From assembly GCF_006345805.1 (NCBI RefSeq), contig NC_043013.1, positions 3,224,001 to 3,288,000 of the forward strand: a stretch of 64,000 nt of DNA, read 5' to 3'. This document shows positions 36,708 through 49,306 of the stretch, piece after piece. Position numbers and translations under genes: made by a program. The stretch comes from Octopus sinensis. Its lineage: Eukaryota. Numbering within the stretch: position 1 is the stretch's first letter; each line of letters begins with the position of its first letter. Below the pieces are notes generated by a model. That model saw nothing but the letters and a program-made list of their open reading frames with translations, was not told where the DNA came from and ran no database searches.

Positions 36708-37375
36708 GTGTGTGTATACGTATATACTGGAAACAAACACATATATCAGTCAATTCTGATCCATAAAGACAAGAATGAGAAATTATATAACTACCTCGAT
36801 ATATAATATTTTTGAATCAGCACACACCAAGTAATGGCAATTTATCATACTAGACAGTAATTCCATACTTTTTCTTCTTCTTTTTTTGCTTCAGACAGCT
36901 GTAGACAGCTGTACAGAATGTCCTGTAGCTATACATGTTACAAATGGCCCATTATACGAAAATACGGATTTCATACTTTAAATAATCAATAAACAATTTC
37001 CAATCATCGGCTTTGTATTGGTTTCCAATTTATTCGATTAAGCTTTTATTATTTGTTCAGTAAATGTGTTTTCCTTGCTTAAGAATCCATAACTGCTTTC
37101 TTTTTATAATGTTATCATGTGAATGTTTCTATTGCAAGCTGATATTTTATAGTGGGTATTTGTTAATATAATAGTTAGAAATAATATTATCAAAATATCA
37201 AACATACTATATGTTGTTTAGATAAATAACACGTTGTAAGGACGGCAGATATTACGACAAGGTATGTAAAACGGTATAAACGTTGCAGGGCAATCACCTA
37301 TCTTTGTGTAGAATATGCTTACACACACACACACCACACACACACCACACACACACACCAATAATATATATATAT

Positions 37376-37407
<32 letters not shown>

Positions 37408-38948
37408 ATATAACATACACAATACATTGACTTTAATTCTGAAAGTGATGGATCGAAAAAAAGCAGAGTCTTGAAACTCAGCATGCCAGGAATTACAAAT
37501 ACCTTTTGAATTCAACACCAAAAATTGATTCAATACAGAGGAATTGTTGTGGTCCCACTGCATTCATTAGGGATCTTTATTACCAATTTGCAGTGTGAAT
37601 ATTCCCTATTAACACATCTTCGCTCTAGTCGCATAAAAGTTATGTTTCTATTACCCAGTATTTCTAGCATGCCCAAAAGAACGTAATATTAGGATGTGAC
37701 CCGTGAGGAATGATTTATATTGCTCCCTTATTGTATCCTTCTATAAAGTAAAACTGAGATTATATATGATATGATATATATATATATATATATATTACTA
37801 TATGTGTAGTATTGCATTAACGCTAGAGATGCTGCCGTTTTATGACATTATGACGAATTTCTTTAAATCAACAATAAGGAACAGGCAAATAATTCCTTCA
37901 AAGCCGACTGCAACGTGATTATGAATCCCATTCTTTCTGAAATATACCTTGGGATATTTCAAGGCGATAATATTTATAATCTTCACTTTGTACTGCGCCA
38001 GTAAAGCATGCATTGTGTAATGACTAACACTAGGAATAGGGCGGACAAAGCTTATTTCCTCTATCGATAAACTAAAACAGTATGTAGCCAATGGTTCGCA
38101 GTTTGATAGTCTCTTGGGTATTGTAAAACAACCGTGAGAAATTAACAATACAGCAGGCCAGACAAATGAGCAACATGGAAAACTCTACATATTATAGACA
38201 TTAAGGAGTAGATTGAAGCATAGTATATGCGTGAAAGCTACGACATAATAATGAAGAATGTGTATTTTGAAATGATAATATAAATTCTAAGGAATCATTT
38301 GTATAACAAGAATCCTATCTCCACCATCAGCTCATTTCAGTTAGTAGCCATAATATTTATTTTGCGTTATTAGACTGAAATAATTAAACACAATAGCAAC
38401 GTTAAGAATCTACTAAACAGTATGACATATTACCTGAAATATGATTGTAACAATGGTAATAAATCAATTACTATCGCAACAGGAAAATTCTCACAAGAAA
38501 TTTGACGGATTTTCAGCAGCCAAATTCTAAATCCAACCTAATAGCAAGGCACAAATTCGATTACTGTATAAACAAACATAAAAGAATTTGACACGAGTAA
38601 ATGCATCCATGGGCTATAAACAATCACCTGCTTAGAATAGTAGCCAAGTTATCTTCAAATTACCCCCTACTATTAAAACAGGAATTACACTAACATTAGA
38701 ATCTCTCCGCTCCTAAAAATGCAACACCTGATGGCCCGAATCTGCCAATCCATCGTCCTCGGAGAACTGGTAGATTCAATGCCAAATAGTTGTCAAATTT
38801 CTCTTCAATTACTTGCTACAGTCTTAAATATATAAGGTAGTCGTAGATACACTGTTTCGATATATGAGATGGTCGTGGCTGAAACCTAACAATCTTGTTC
38901 TGCTAGTTCAGGGTCGATATTGAGCTAAACAACAACTTTTCGATCAAA

Positions 38949-39345
38949 GAGTGGCTGTGTGGTAAGTAGCTTGCTAACCAGCCACATGGTTCCGGGTTCA
39001 GTCCCACTGCGTGGCATCTTGGGCAAGTGTCTTCTGCTATAGCCCCGGGCCGACCAATGCCTTGTGAGTGGATTTGGTAGATGGAAACTGAAAGAAGCCC
39101 GTCGTATATATGTATATATATGTATGTATGTGTGTGTGTGTGTGTTTGTGTGTCTGTGTTTGTCCCCCTAGCATTGCTTGACAACCGATGCTGGTGTGTT
39201 TACGTCCCCGTCACTTAGCGGTTCGGCAAAAGAGACCGATAGAATAAATACTGGGCTTACAAAGAATAAGTCCCGGGGTCGATTTGGTCGACTAAAGGCG
39301 GTGCTCCAGCATGGCCGCAGCCAATGACTGAAACAAGTAAAAGTG
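38949..39345 (+). mobile_element. SINE B, near full length
   Basis: Consensus match. Confidence 0.92.
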
Positions 39346-39384
39346 TAAAGAGAGAGAGAGAATGCCATCAAGCCCGAGGGAGGG

Positions 39385-39548
39385 TGCAAGTCCATTACAT
39401 CGACCTCAGTGTTCCACTGGAACTTATTTTATCGACCCCGAAAGGGCAAAAGACAAAGTCGACGACAGTGGAATTTGAAGTCAGAAAGACGGATGAAATA
39501 CAGCTAAGCATTTCTTCCGGCGTGTTAAAGATTCTGCCAGCTCGCTAC
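39385..39548 (-). mobile_element. SINE A-related copy
   Basis: TTACATCGACCTCAGTG..TTATTTTATCGACCCCGAAAGG..TTCTGCCAGCTCGC. Confidence 0.75.
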
Positions 39549-40050
39549 CTTAATAATAAGGATGATAATACCAATGATTTCCCAGACAGGTGCAAGAGCA
39601 CTGATGATACTGACGGGGGTTAATTGGTAAAATTTACCTCAGAGGTACAATTTACTTAGTCATCTATAATATATTACCAGTTCTTATTGACTCAACAGGT
39701 GGGGATGAAGGTAAATGACAGGTGTTCAGGTTTTAAACCAAGGGTGTACAGAGCTGAGGGTAAATATTATAAGACATCCAGTTCATCCCAACGCTCTATT
39801 ATTTATGCCAACCAGTGACGTGTATTACTTAGGAGAATTAAAATAATGATATAATAAGTTACATAATTTGACCACAGAACCTCTTTATCTTCGGTGGAGA
39901 CCCGATTAGTTTACGTAGACAGTTACGATTCCCTATTTCACTTCACCTCACATATCAGTAACAACCTGAGTACAGAGTCATAAAATGTGATGGTTACAAA
40001 ATTACGTTCGTCTACAAATCCAGTATACATGTGTGTGTGTGTGTGTGTGT

Positions 40051-40093
<43 letters not shown>

Positions 40094-40363
40094 TATATAA
40101 AAATACAAAATGGGACAAGGTCGCAAAACATTCAAATAGACGATACAAAAAAACGGAAGGGTCATTCGAAGCCTTCAATCTTCAGTCAAGAACCGGATCA
40201 TCCTCGCAATTTCGGCTGATTAATCTTGAGATTTCTCCGATCTGGCCAGCCCCAAGGAAAAACTAAGCTACGAGCATTAGATTTCTTGGAAAAAAGGATC
40301 GAATGAATATAAATACAAAAAACAAAAAGTAATACGAATATAAATACAATAAACAACAACAAC

Positions 40364-40430
<67 letters not shown>

Positions 40431-41128
40431 GGACAAAAACAACAGGCGTCTTTCGACTTTACACAGTTCAACTTAGCTGGCGTATTTGAAAAATAATGCC
40501 TGGATATGATTATCTTTATGTATACACCGAATGAATGAACATACGCGTGTATATATGGGTGCAGGCGAATAAGTTTCTTTCTGTGTGATAGGAATCTTTT
40601 AATGGCTGATTAAGCGACAGCGGTGGGTATCAGGGCAACTGAAGTTACGTTTTACGAGTCGACAGCAGACAAGTTGGTATTCGGCTGGGATAATAGGATG
40701 ACCACGAGTCCTTTGAAGAAAAACAGGCAAAAGAGGAAACGAATACTTCAAGTCTATATCCTGATATATCGCAGTGTTAATCTGTCTCCATAAAAAAAGA
40801 AAGAACGAGATATGCTTACGATAAAATAGAAGACAGAATTTTAAGTTCGATTTGTATTTACACTTTTGATTTTTATTTTCATTGACTAATTTTAGTCTGT
40901 TTGTATAGTAATTCATATTTTCAATTTCTTTTTTTACTGTCATTACTTTATTTGGTATTTTTATTACTTTGTTTGAATCTGAAAGTTACTCAGTACAGAG
41001 GGAATGCTAAAAATACAAAGGGGTATAAAGCAACGGGGAACTGAACGTGATCCAGCAGTGCTATCAAAGCCAGTAGCCTGATGACGTACCAATACACTGT
41101 AGCTGATGAATCATATTCATTTATGTAA

Positions 41129-41525
41129 TCTTTATATATAAAAGTGAGGTTGTGTGCTGTCTGTCTCCTACGATTTAGATTCCTAACTACTCTCACATTT
41201 TGCGGTGCAGTTTAACCAAAACCGGGTATCTTATAGTCGTGATTCATATCGAGCCCTTCTGGGTATTAGCGCGTGTCTACAATGAGTCTACGATTTAAAA
41301 AAAAAATTACCATCATTTTTTTTTCCATTTTAATGCATTTTTTTCGCTTTTATATAAGGGAAGTAACTCTCTAAAAAATGTCTACGATGAGTCAACGATT
41401 TAAAAAAAAATTTACCATCATTTTTTTTTCATTTTTAATGCATTTTTTTGCTATTTTTTGGCTATAACTCTCTAAAAATGCTTATATAGTTATTTCCCTT
41501 ACAATTTCCCTAGCGATGCTGCTAG
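41129..41525 (+). mobile_element. Non-autonomous Helitron-like element
   Basis: Starts A|TCTTTATATATAAAA and ends CTGCTAG|T (A^T target). Contains a ~110-bp internal tandem duplication (GTCTAC(A/G)ATGAGTC..GATTTAAAAAAAAATTTACCATCATTTTT..). The 3' hairpin is not clearly preserved. Confidence 0.65.
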
Positions 41526-41620
41526 TTATTTCTAAAAGGTCTTATATATTAGTATGAAATGAAAAGCCCAGCAACCAAAACTATTTACATTTGCCTGTTC
41601 ATTCCATTTTCATGTTGTAT

Positions 41621-42028
41621 ACTCGCTTTTACTTGTTTCAGTCATTTGATTGTGGCCATGCTGGAGCACCGCCTTTAGTCGAGCAAATCGACCCCATGAC
41701 TTATTCTTTGTAAGCCTAGTACTTATTCTATCGGTCTCTTTTGCCGAACCGCTAAGTTACGGGGACGTAAACACACCAGCATTGGTTGTCAAGCGATGTT
41801 GGTGGGGACAAACACAGACAAACATACACACACACACACACACATATATACATATATATATACATATATACGACGGACTTCTTTCAGTTCCGTCTACCAA
41901 ATCCACTCACAAGGCTTTGGTCGGCCCGAGGCTATAGTAAAAAAACACTTACGCAAGGTGCCACGCAGTGGGAATGAACCCGGAACCATGTGGTACGTAA
42001 GCAAGCTACTTACCACACAGCCACTCCT
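41621..42028 (-). mobile_element. SINE B, full length
   Basis: Consensus match. Confidence 0.9.
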
Positions 42029-42060
<32 letters not shown>

Positions 42061-42088
42061 ATATATATTATAATATATAATAATATAT

Positions 42089-42142
<54 letters not shown>

Positions 42143-42166
42143 TATATATATTATATATATATATAT

Positions 42167-42206
<40 letters not shown>

Positions 42207-42216
42207 TATATATATA

Positions 42217-43660
42217 CGAGGGGAAGTCAAGATTTATCCGCACTTTCGTTACAACACATCTTTATTATTGTCACACTGCTATTGTGGTCACGTGATCAAA
42301 TTTTGAGCCTGATCGCTCTATCTTGCTTTCTGGCTTTACAGTGTGTTGTAGGGAATTAGTAATCATGGTATACACCTCCCACGTGACGAATGGAATAACT
42401 TAGTCACTATAAGTAAAGAGAAGTGCTAGAAGTTCCGGAGTACGTAGTAGGCGGTGAGAGATAGTCATGTCTTTACTGGTTTTATTAAGGATACTGTGTA
42501 CCGAAGTGGGCGTTATAATAATCCAACATTAAAAGGATTACAACAGTGGCGACGAGGATTTACACAGCTTACGAGGAATTAACAAACTCAAAGAGGATTT
42601 AAACAACCCACGAGGAATTAACAATTCGCGTGGAGTTAATTGAAACTCGAAAACGAGTTGATAAACTCACAAAGTTTTGTCGTGTGAATTTTACGAAAAA
42701 AAATCATAAAATTATGGAACATTTGTTGACCGGTTTGCTCGAGATGGAAACACAGCAACAACAGCAACTGAAAGAACAAAAACTGAAGCAACAACAACCG
42801 AAAGAACAACAGCAGCAGATACAACTGCAAAAGCAACAACAGAAGCAACAACATATAATATTACAGCAACAAATGCTGCAATTACTGAAGTCATCAGGAA
42901 AGTCAGGAAAAGTGTTCTTGACAGACTATGTCGCGAACTCCATAACAGAGTTCAAATACGAACCTGACGAAGGAGTTATCTTCAAAGCATGCTACAGAAG
43001 ATATGAGCAAACCTTCGAGAAAGAAAGTAAAGATTAAGACGACGAATGAAAATGCGCTTAATCTTGAAAAAACTGGAGGCAGTAGGCGGTCAGAGATAGC
43101 CGTGTCTTTACTGGTTTTATTAAGGATACTGTGTACCGAAGTGGGCGTTATGATAATCCAACAGTAATTATGTAATCCCAAGAAAACCTTCGGACATAAA
43201 CTTTAATGACACAATAGATATATTGTGTAAAATTTTTAGTGAAAAAAGCTCATTGTTCAACACACGTTGGAAGTGTCTGATCCGATTTCTCTGGTCGGAA
43301 GGTGTGTCAGGTACTGAAATTCTAGCATTTTTAGCACAATATGGGGACAGTGCACAACTGCGTAGAAGTGTGTATGAGTGGATCGAGAAGATTAAAGTCG
43401 CCAGACAAGCGTGATGCCCGAAGAGGGAGCAGGACGCCCATCAACATCTACCACTGAAGAGAAGATTCAGCAAACTCGAAAGATGGTAATGGGGAACGGG
43501 TTCACCATTACCAAACAGGACAGTGAAAGCAAACAGGAAGTGCTGCTAAGCCTAAACGAGGCTCTGGTGGGGAACGCGAAGAAATAAGCTTGGACAGGAG
43601 ACAGACAAGAATGTCTTTCTTGTCCAGCTGCAACAGCAAGAAAGAAACACAAGTTAAGAG
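42217..43660 (+). mobile_element. Decayed mariner split by a Gypsy insertion
   Basis: Left end TA|CGAGGGGAAGTCAAGATTTATCCGCA. After the insert, the HTH region reads IRFLWSEGVSGTEI..LAQYGDSA..RRSVYEWIEK and EGAGRPSTSTTEEKIQQ (about 43270-43500). The region 43510-43660 is only a possible C-terminal remnant. Confidence 0.8.
42344..43162 (+). mobile_element. Internally deleted Gypsy LTR retrotransposon: 5' LTR 42344-42545, PBS, gag 5' part, partial 3' LTR 43081-43162
   Basis: LTR bounded by TGTTGTA..TACAACA. PBS-like TGGCGACGAGG at 42547. Gag-like FKYEPDEGVIFKACYRRYEQTFEKE..LILKKL. An ~82-bp near-identical LTR segment recurs at 43081. Confidence 0.82.
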
Positions 43661-43675
43661 AAGAAATATACATAC

Positions 43676-43708
<33 letters not shown>

Positions 43709-43709
<1 letters not shown>

Positions 43710-44007
43710 CACGTGACCGACCAGACCATCAGATGCTGCTACACATCGCTGGTCACAATGCGCTTCGCATTGTTTTAGCCTTCAAATGACGCCACCCCGC
43801 TGGCTAAGCGAGCAGGCCAACAGTAGAAAGAGTGAGAGAAAGAGTGGTGAAAGAGTACAGCAGGGATCACCGCCATCCCCTGCCGGAGCCTCGTGGAGCT
43901 TTTAGGTGTTTTCGCTCAATAAACACTCACAACGCCCGGTCTGGGAATCGAAACCGCGATCCACGATCTCAAGTCCGCTGCCCCAACCACTGGGCCATTG
44001 CACCTCC
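43709..44007 (-). mobile_element. tRNA-derived SINE, variant C2 (same head and body as C1, different tail)
   Basis: Minus strand GCAATGGCCCAGTGG..GGTTTCGATTCCCAGACCGGGCG..GAGCGAAAACACCTAAAAGCTCCACG, then tail ..GAAGGCTAAAACAATGCGAAGCGCATTGTGACCAGCG..GGTCACGTGA. Confidence 0.85.
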
Positions 44008-44022
44008 ACACACACACCACAC

Positions 44023-44087
<65 letters not shown>

Positions 44088-44193
44088 ATATATATATATA
44101 TATATATATAAACAAAGAGATAGAGTGAGAAAGAGAGAGAGACATGAATACATATGCACACAAACACATATACACATATGTAGTTAAATAAAC

Positions 44194-44934
44194 ATGTGAT
44201 ATTAAAAAAATCCCGGACTAGTTTTGTAGTGCGCCGACAGATGGCAGAACAAAGTTGCGTGCGCAACGAGAGCTAGCAGAAACCTTCATGAGGCAGTGTT
44301 CAGAGTGACATTACTGTCCTTACTTGGCAAGTTGTGAAATGTATGCTTTTGTGATCACGTGTATGCTGTAGTCTGCGATTTTTGTCATGGGCAGGGAGTT
44401 GGAACAAAAAGTCAGCGTGAAATTTTGCGCTAAACTTGGGAAGTCTATTTCTGAGACATTGAGCATGTTTCGGCAAGCTTACGGCGACGAGACAATGGGT
44501 CGTACGCAAGGTTTCGAGTGGCACTGGTGCATGCCAGAGCTGTGGCTCAATCAAGGGCATGCTCATCGTTTTTCTCGACATTCGCGACATTGTGCATCGA
44601 GAATTCGTCCCCCAGGGCAAGATTCTTTAAAGTTCTTTAAAGAATCATACCCGCCCTGTTCGCCAGATTTAGCACCTGACAACTTCCATCCCTTCCCCAA
44701 GATAGAAATGCAGCTCAAAGGTCGCCGTTTTAACAACAATGCCAAGATCCAGAGCAAGTTGCAGAAGGCTCAAGTGACTCGCTTATGAAAAACGACTTCC
44801 AGGTCGGATTCCAAAAGGGATATGAGCAATGGGACCGGTGGCGCAAGGTGACTACGTCGAAGGCGATAGGGTTAAAACTTAGATAAGTTATTCTTTATTA
44901 AACATAACTAGTCCGGGAACTTTTTGAATCATGC
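44194..44934 (+). mobile_element. Internally deleted mariner with both TIRs; fused ORF 44387-44788
   Basis: TIR cores AAAAAAATCCCGGACTAGTT and AACTAGTCCGGGAACTTTTT. ORF joins the HTH (EQKVSVKFCAKLGKS..QAYGDETM) to YPPCSPDLAP..FPKIEMQLKGRRF. Confidence 0.88.
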
Positions 44935-44981
44935 ATCTCTTTCACTCTTATTATATCTATTTATCTATCTATTTCTCTTAT

Positions 44982-45028
<47 letters not shown>

Positions 45029-45210
45029 GGCGCAGGAGTGACTGTGTGGCAAGTAGCTTGCTTACCAACCACATGGTTCCGGGTTCAGTCCCACTGCGAG
45101 GCATCTTGGGCAAGTGACTTCTGCTAAAGCCTCAGGCTGACCAAAGCCTTGTGAGTGGATTTGGTAGACGGAAACTGAAAGAAGCCTGTCTTATATATAT
45201 ATATATGTGT

Positions 45211-45257
<47 letters not shown>

Positions 45258-45461
45258 TATGTCTGTGTTTGTCCCCCTAGCATTGCTTGACAACCGATGC
45301 TGGTGTGTTTACGTCCCCGGAAACGCGGATCGGCAAAAGAGACCAATAGAATAAGCACTGGGTTTACAAAGGATAAGTCCCGGGGTCGATTTGCTCGACT
45401 AAAGGCGGTACTCCAGCATGGCCGCAGTCAAATGACTGAAACAAGTAAAAAAGTAAAAGAG
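45029..45461 (+). mobile_element. SINE B, full length
   Basis: Consensus match. Confidence 0.92.
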
Positions 45462-45471
45462 TATATATATA

Positions 45472-45537
<66 letters not shown>

Positions 45538-45975
45538 AAATAAGTGAGGAAGAGATGTCCACATGCGTGTAAACATAATACAGGCATATACATGTTTACT
45601 CTACAGGATCTGAAAATGCATAAAAATTTTAATTATTACAAATCCCCAAAACATCAACACTAAAAGAAATGCAGAAATCTTCACCATCCGCAAAATAATT
45701 AAGAGAACATGAAACGCTGCAGCTGTAAAGTGAGTGCAAGCTGGGTGTAGTTGTTAAAGAAAAGCCTTGTTATTTCAGCTATGTCCACCACACTACCTCT
45801 TTCAGCAAGGTACAAGACAACTTCCTGTCTTTCCGTGCCAAAAGAAAAGGCGACAGGATGAACTCGAATGACTGACAGATGTTATAATGATATATCTAAA
45901 GTATCGTAGAACCACCACAAATGACTTGGAAACATTCTGGTTCTCATCACATTCTGTAGTCATCAACAACATAAT

Positions 45976-46065
<90 letters not shown>

Positions 46066-46089
46066 AGCAGAGCAGGCCGAACAACATCT

Positions 46090-46330
46090 GATTTTTTTAT
46101 TACCCACAAGGGGCGAACATAGAGGGGACGATACAATCTGATATGGGGTCAGACCAACGAATAATAAATACACAAAATGATGAACTTTAAAAATTAACAA
46201 AAAATGACAATATAATTAAAAACAAAAATCGAATGGTTGAACAGACCAGAAGACATTACGGATGGAATGGGGGCGGGTTTAGCTCGGACCCCACGAGCCC
46301 CGCCTCGACATCTATCTATCAGTTACTACT
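46090..46330 (-). mobile_element. Probable LINE 3' end sharing the SINE A terminal tail
   Basis: Minus strand ends GTCCCCTCTATGTTCGCCCCTTGTGGGTAATAAAAAAA; upstream sequence differs from the SINE A body. Confidence 0.5.
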
Positions 46331-47389
46331 CTCACCCAAAAGCTCATTTACGGTTGAAATTGGTGCAAGCGATGGAGCGCTTTTGCTGTTAAACCCACAA
46401 ACATCCCGGCCTGCATTTATTAGAAGTCCATTCGACTGATTCCCAAAGACTAAAACACCAACACATTGCAATACGCATGCGTGCGTAAGGTTTATTCCCA
46501 AAGACGTTTCTATTGCTATTGTAAAGACGTTTTCTTATCAATACTTGATAGTCGCATGCCACCTCCACCTCCACCTCGCACAGTTAGTCTACCCGTCACT
46601 ATTATATGCAGATACACCACTAACCACTTCGCCCAACACCCCATCCCAATAACGGAAACTCTAGAAATCCTACTCCACCTAGTTTTTCTATTGACAAATG
46701 TCTCTTGATTTTCAAGTTGAATACCTACTTCAGACTTATTGGTCTGAGATGCCTTACAAATATCCTGTCTATTGACCCTCTTCCTCCCACTATATCATAA
46801 AAGACCACTGTATGGAAGCATAAAATATCAAAACTTGAGCAAACAATAAAGATATCACAAGTAAGCAGTTCACGTTTGAAGCTGTTGTGAACTCGCGTCG
46901 ATCTTTATGTCAAAGATTTTTTTAATGACATTTCCATCGAAGAGAATAAGAAATCTTTGGTCACTTTTTTTTTTCTCGAAATGGCCACTTTGGACAGGAG
47001 AAAATTCACTTACGAGGTTATTATTTAAGGAAACACTTACGAGGTTATTATTTAAGGAAAATCTAATGCTTAATTTCTCTGGTATATTTAAATGCACATG
47101 TTAAGAAGTTGTTTGTAAAAATATATGAGAGGAACCGAAGTTGTTTCACAAGTTATTTTAAGAAATAAATCAAGAGTTATTCTTAGAAACTAAATAACCA
47201 AACAGTGGGAAAATGCAAACAGAAATACCACGAGATAAATATCTCAAATACACCTCTGAAAAATACACAAGCCATTCAAAAGAGTATTGTATAAATCATG
47301 AGCATATTAACTGTAGAATAAATGAGCGCATTATCAAAAACCTCCTACAACAACATAAAATGCAAAACTATAAACTGAGATTAACAACA

Positions 47390-47580
47390 GTTTTAAATTT
47401 TGGTACAAGGTCAGTAATTTCGGAGTGGAGTACATCGATTACATCGACTACAATGTTCAACTGGTTCTTATTTATCGTACCCTGAGAGGATGAAAGTCGA
47501 CGACGGCGGAATTTGAGCTCAGAACATAGAGATGGACGAAATGCTGCCAAGCATTTTGCCCGGCGTGCAAAACGATTCTT
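47390..47580 (-). mobile_element. SINE A-related copy
   Basis: GATTACATCGAC..CTGGTTCTTATTTATCG..GGCGGAATTTGAGCTCAGAAC..CCCGGCGTGC. Confidence 0.7.
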
Positions 47581-49170
47581 ATTTTTTGCTGCTATTTTAG
47601 TGCTGCAAGGGATTTTTAATTGTGCTACAAAGGATTACCAGAGTTGAATTTTGTTGTCATTTAAACTGTCTTCCTTCGTTCTTTTTCTCTTGTCTGTCTT
47701 TCTGCTCTTTTTTGTGTTTGCATTAGAGAATTGTATTTGAACATTTTTGATTTTGCTGTGGACTTTTATATTTTAGTTTATTTTATCAATGGCAACCAAA
47801 TGTAAGAAGGCCTTGGAGTGGCGAATTGTGGCCCCTAAGGAGTGGCTAAGAAACTATGAGAGAACCTATTCCAAGGTCCACGACACCATCTGTGTATTCC
47901 CTCAGAGTGAAATTGAAGAAGAGTTGGTGGGATTCGTGTCACCCCGTAGGGGTGCAAAGTACAGTGTGCGTGCTTTTCGACACGCCTACGGAGGCTCAGA
48001 AACTTGCGAGTCAACCTATAGATGGGAGGAAGATTTTGTTTCTCCCCACTTATGGTGGGCGTAAATTGACAAGAGCCCAGTACAGAGGCTGAATGGATAG
48101 AAAATTCTATCCGTCGAGGCCTGGGTGGTGGCCCTGCCAGGCTCTTGAATGTATAAATACTGCCTGCGGTCGATTGGTTCGCGGCAGAAGCAATTTTGAC
48201 CCAATCGGCCCAATCGGCCGAAGATCTGGTTTTACCAGATTTCTTGACAATGGCCGGTTCCAGGCACTCGGTGATTATTGATGCCCCCCCCCCCAAGAGT
48301 CACCTGTGTCTGTAATCAGGGCACATGAAGAAGAACTGTTGCCGGGACCAGGCGAAGGTCCTGGAACAGTTGATTGATGACTGTTAACCCCCTGTTCCCC
48401 CAACGGAGCCTCCTGCTTCTTCATTGGAGGGAGAGAGGGAGAAAGTCGAGGAGGAGGTAACCTCCTCGAGAAAAAGCACTAAGAGAAAGAAGGTGGGCAA
48501 CAATGGTTGCCCACCGATGGACCCTGAGGTGGTGAGAGGGGAGGATGGACCTCCGGACATGTCGGAGGAACTCCACCCTCCCGTCGCAAAGAGGAAAAAA
48601 AGAAGAAAAAGAAAAACAGGCATTGCCGGCAATGACATGTCCCGAAACCCCTTCGGTGGGATGTGGGCAACCGGAGGGGGAGAAGAAGGAAACCTTGTTG
48701 GTGGGATGTGTGCCACCGAGCGAGGTAGCTGAGGTCCCTCTCAATGAAAGTGATGAGGAATTTGTATTCCTCTGTAGCAGGGGAGGGGCGATTGAGGAGT
48801 ATGTGGAAAATAATCTTGATAGTCGGGTTCATCGGATTTTTACTGGCAGTCGAGAGTGGCCGTCGCAGGAGGCTGCACTGCTACTGGAAAGAAAAGATTT
48901 TCTCCACAGGTCAAGATCCTTCCCAAAGGAGGAATACAGATTACTTTTTTTTTTTTTTTTGGCTCCGATTGTTGGTTGCAGGAATACCTTCAGGCCGCAA
49001 AAGAGTTAATTGGGGGAGTAATGTCAGAGGTTTATCGCCTCCATATGTATGTGTATAAAAATTTTGTTTCCTTTGTGATGAACTTCTAGTCCAATTTTTT
49101 GTATATATTTGTAAGAGGTTTAATACCTCTATAAATGTTGTTTTTAGCGAATAATATTTTAGAGAAGCAG
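47580..49170 (+). mobile_element. Decayed ORF1-containing LINE derivative (ORF1 about 47789-49089), no ORF2 visible
   Basis: T-rich 5' leader, ATG at 47789, CVLFDTPTEAQKLASQ..ILFLPTYGGRKLTR, degenerate knuckle (S)HLCL*SGHMKKNC at about 48298-48340, and a basic region. A frameshifted reading continues to a stop at 49089, followed by a short UTR. Confidence 0.7.
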
Positions 49171-49306
49171 GGGTTCAGCGAGCGCTTTCTGTCTTCTTCC
49201 ATCTTTATCATCTTGTATTATTATCATTCGCCTCATTAAGGTCTTGTCCATCCCGCAAAGCAACATATCTGTGTACTGCCTTTATGGCAAATGATATAAA
49301 ATATAG

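Noticed and set aside
37840-38180. 102-aa ORF and a weakly GPCR-like hydrophobic phrase
   Set aside because: No receptor motifs, and adjacent frames are interrupted by stops.
40599-40760. Possible minus-strand exon after a polypyrimidine-AG (TTTTTCTTCAAAG)
   Set aside because: No frame gives a recognisable protein and no partner exon was found. RNA-seq would be needed.
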